Of a stretch of 64,000 bases of DNA, positions 61,887-64,000 are shown piece after piece. A program made the translations under genes and the position numbers. Position 1 is the stretch's first letter, and the number at the start of each line of letters is the position of its first letter. Source of the DNA: an uncultured Candidatus Berkelbacteria bacterium (GTDB lineage Bacteria > Patescibacteriota > UBA1384 > UBA12157 > JAENIV01); NCBI GenBank assembly GCA_963698075.1, contig OY969116.1, positions 670,131 to 734,130 on the forward strand. Reading direction: 5' to 3'. The notes below the pieces were generated by a model. It was not told the origin of the DNA and searched no databases. It was given only the letters and a program-made list of their open reading frames with translations.

Positions 61887-62630
61887 ATGGAGGTTGAAAA
61901 AATATTAGAAGATGTCGGGTTAGATGAAAACGAGGCCAAAATATACCTCGCGGTTTTGGCGTTGGGCGAGGCCACGGTCCTCCCCATTTCAAAAAAGTCC
62001 GGTATTGGTCGGACTTATTGTTATGATATTTTGGACTCTTTGGTGGAAAAGGGGCTGGTCACTTATGTTGAAAAACGCGGCCGCCGGCGCTACAGCGCCA
62101 CCGAGCCGAAAATGATTAAAAAATTGCTCCATGAGAAATTGACGCAATTAGATAGTATTCTTCCAGATTTAGAGGGTTTATATCAAAAAGCACCCATTCG
62201 GCCTAAAGTCCGCTTTTTTGAAGGTCGTGAGGGCGTTGAAATTATCCATCAAGAAATCCTCAAAGAGGCCAAAGAGGTTTGGTTTGTTGGTTCGATTGAA
62301 GATTGGGCGAAAAAATTTCCGAACTATGTGGACTATGTCAAAGCCCAAGTTAAGGTAGGGATTAAAATCCGCGATTTAGTTCGGCCAGGGTCTGGCGAAG
62401 CCCAGAAATACGCCCATTTATATAAAAAACCACTCCAAGAACTGCGTTATCTTCCAGAGACAGCCAAATTCGCCACTGATAATATGGTTTGGAATAATAA
62501 GTTTGTGATGATTTCATACGGTGCCGATTTATACGCCGTCTCGGTCGAATCCGCCGAAATCGCCCAGACAATGAGAGTGATTTATGAAATACTTTGGAAA
62601 CAAGCGAAAACTCTAAGCACTAAATTCTAA
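61887..62630 (+). CDS. TrmB-family transcriptional regulator (N-terminal wHTH)
   Basis: ILEDVGLDENEAKIYLAVLALGEATVLPISKKSGIGRTYCYDILDSLVEKGLV matches the TrmB N-terminal DNA-binding domain. Confidence 0.6.
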   Translation: MEVEKILEDVGLDENEAKIYLAVLALGEATVLPISKKSGIGRTYCYDILDSLVEKGLVTYVEKRGRRRYSATEPKMIKKLLHEKLTQLDSILPDLEGLYQKAPIRPKVRFFEGREGVEIIHQEILKEAKEVWFVGSIEDWAKKFPNYVDYVKAQVKVGIKIRDLVRPGSGEAQKYAHLYKKPLQELRYLPETAKFATDNMVWNNKFVMISYGADLYAVSVESAEIAQTMRVIYEILWKQAKTLSTKF

Positions 62631-62750
62631 ACTCTAAATAATATCAAATGTTCTAAATTTCAAAGTTTGAAACATTCGAATTTGAAATTTGGAATTTGTT
62701 TAGGATTTAGATATTAGATTTTAGGATTTAAATTAAGTTATACTTAATTT

Positions 62751-63545
62751 ATGCCAACAAAATTAGGCAAAGCCGATGTTCATATCCACAGCGTTTATTC
62801 TGATGGCGATGAAAAAATCGAGGATATTTTGGAATATGCGCAAAACAAAACCGATTTGGACGTCATTGCCATTTCCGACCACGACACGATTGAGGGGGCG
62901 CTCAAAGCCCGCGAAATCATGAAAGAAAAATCTTACCATGCGTGGCGATTCCAGTTGATTATCGGCGAGGAAATTACCACTCAAGAAGGCCATATTGTCG
63001 GGTTATTTTTAAAAGAGGCGATTCCGCCAAATTTATCAGTTCAGGAAACTTTAGCGCGCATCCGCGTCCAAAAAGGTTTGGCGATTGCTGTCCACCCCTT
63101 TTATCATTCGCGGATGAAACATGCCAAATATGCGACGATGGATGGTATTGGCGCGACCACTCTTCTTCGAAACAATGCCTTTATTGATGCCATCGAAATC
63201 GTTAACGCCACTCCGACTTTATCGGATGAGAACTTGGCGGCCTCGATTTTAAATAAAACGCTCCTCTTAAACGCCGAAGTTGGCAATTCTGATGCTCATA
63301 TTTTAGCGGCCATCGGTATGGGCTACACCTTGTTTGAAGGCCGGACCGCCGCTGATTATCGCCGGGCAGTCTTACAGCACCAAACCCGGGCCATGTATAA
63401 GAACTGGTCTTATTTAGGTCTCGTCAAATATGGCTTTTTCTATTTTCCCCTTGGTTTACGTCTCCTTATTCACACGATTTTACACGGCGAAAAACACCGT
63501 CCTCCGGATTTGTTGGAGGAGGAGATTAGGGCAGAGGAAAAATAG
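62751..63545 (+). CDS. PHP-domain metal-dependent phosphoesterase
   Basis: DVHIHSVYSDGDEKIEDIL...VIAISDHDTIEGA (PHP motifs I/II). Later HPFYH. Confidence 0.7.
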   Translation: MPTKLGKADVHIHSVYSDGDEKIEDILEYAQNKTDLDVIAISDHDTIEGALKAREIMKEKSYHAWRFQLIIGEEITTQEGHIVGLFLKEAIPPNLSVQETLARIRVQKGLAIAVHPFYHSRMKHAKYATMDGIGATTLLRNNAFIDAIEIVNATPTLSDENLAASILNKTLLLNAEVGNSDAHILAAIGMGYTLFEGRTAADYRRAVLQHQTRAMYKNWSYLGLVKYGFFYFPLGLRLLIHTILHGEKHRPPDLLEEEIRAEEK

Positions 63546-63556
63546 TTCTCATAACG

Positions 63557-63593
63557 AAAACCGCCCCGATATCATCGGAGCGGTTTGGTTTGA
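63557..63593 (+). terminator. terminator hairpin AAAACCGCCCCGAT-ATC-ATCGGAGCGGTTT followed by GGTTTG
   Basis: About 11-bp stem with one mismatch. U-rich tail. Confidence 0.4.
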
Positions 63594-63752
63594 GATAAAA
63601 CTTGTGTCACCTGTTGATTTTGCATGGGGCCGGTTCACCAGAGCGGTTCAATACATCTTGAAGCTGGTGCCGGCAAAGGTGACAGCGGAGTACTCCCTAG
63701 TCCTTGCTTCGAGCTGGACCTCACGGCTGGGAAGCCGAACCGTTCTCGGTTA

Positions 63753-64000
63753 GCGAGACTTAGCCTGGACTTTTTCAACGAGATACTCTAGAGCCTTCGT
63801 CCAGTCCTTGTGAGGAGCGTCCTTGGTAAAGAGCTCCGCATTTAGTTTGCGGGTCTCTTCCTTCGGACGACTCTCATCCCAAGGGACTCGGAAGGCCTCA
63901 AGCGTCTCGACGATGGTCCACTTTGCGACACCGCAAAGTGTCCAGATCCAAGCATGGCGATTACCGTGATGCCAACCGCTGGTACAGATGACGAACGGAA
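63753..64000 (-). CDS. 3' end of a GC-rich ORF running off the window (ends ...LEYLVEKVQAKSR*)
   Basis: Open frame on the minus strand from the window edge to the TAA at 63753-63755. High GC. Function unknown. Confidence 0.3.

Noticed and set aside
1-64000. CRISPR arrays, rRNA, tRNA, integrase/transposase/phage genes
   Set aside because: No regularly spaced direct repeats, no rRNA-like conserved stretches, and no tRNA cloverleaf candidates in intergenic regions. No recombinase or transposase motifs were seen in any ORF. The GC-rich cassettes are therefore not obviously carried by a recognisable mobile element.

Overview
This 64-kb window comes from an AT-rich genome, consistent with a CPR/Patescibacteria-like organism (inference). 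Coding is dense and proteins are rich in K/I/N/F. Native genes look roughly 35-45% GC by eye. Five short blocks look about 55-65% GC by eye and encode Ala/Gly/Arg/Pro-rich proteins: 3176-4735, 14700-15060, 17700-20233, 60200-61690 and 63560-64000. Each of these blocks carries a strong Shine-Dalgarno, its own intrinsic terminator and, where visible, an AT-rich host-type consensus promoter. There are three functional blocks. (1) 1-7042: a GspE/PilB-type secretion ATPase sits beside four tandem genes sharing a C-terminal VirB2/TrbC-like pilin module. Two of these carry Ig-like passenger domains and low-complexity linkers. (2) 7039-14669: a 4-bp-overlapping minus-strand operon (Hsp20, GalU, solute-binding protein), followed on the plus strand by a secreted tandem-repeat protein, a GT4 glycosyltransferase, a polytopic membrane protein and ComF. 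(3) 15223-60103: a roughly 45-kb glycan biosynthesis/export locus. It encodes the WbpA/WecC, WbpB, WbpD, WbpE and WecB-type enzymes for 2,3-diacetamido uronic acid nucleotide sugars. It has two AsnB-type amidotransferases, four SDR epimerase/dehydratases, a nucleotidyltransferase, three methyltransferases, three hexapeptide acetyltransferases (two LbH plus a FemAB/GNAT-like), three NodB-like deacetylase paralogs and a sugar formyltransferase domain. It has GT2 and GT4 glycosyltransferases, six paralogs of a divergent GT4-like family, Wzm/Wzt with a transglutaminase-like gene between them, and a Wzx flippase plus a GT4-Wzx fusion. At the end of the window are a TrmB-like regulator with a 28-bp perfect palindrome in its leader and a PHP phosphoesterase. 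The most unusual feature is a tandem triplet of paralogous TIM-barrel-like genes (16564-20188). One copy is AT-rich and two are GC-rich, and the first two are followed by the same terminator. No rRNA, tRNA, CRISPR array, integrase or transposase was recognised.
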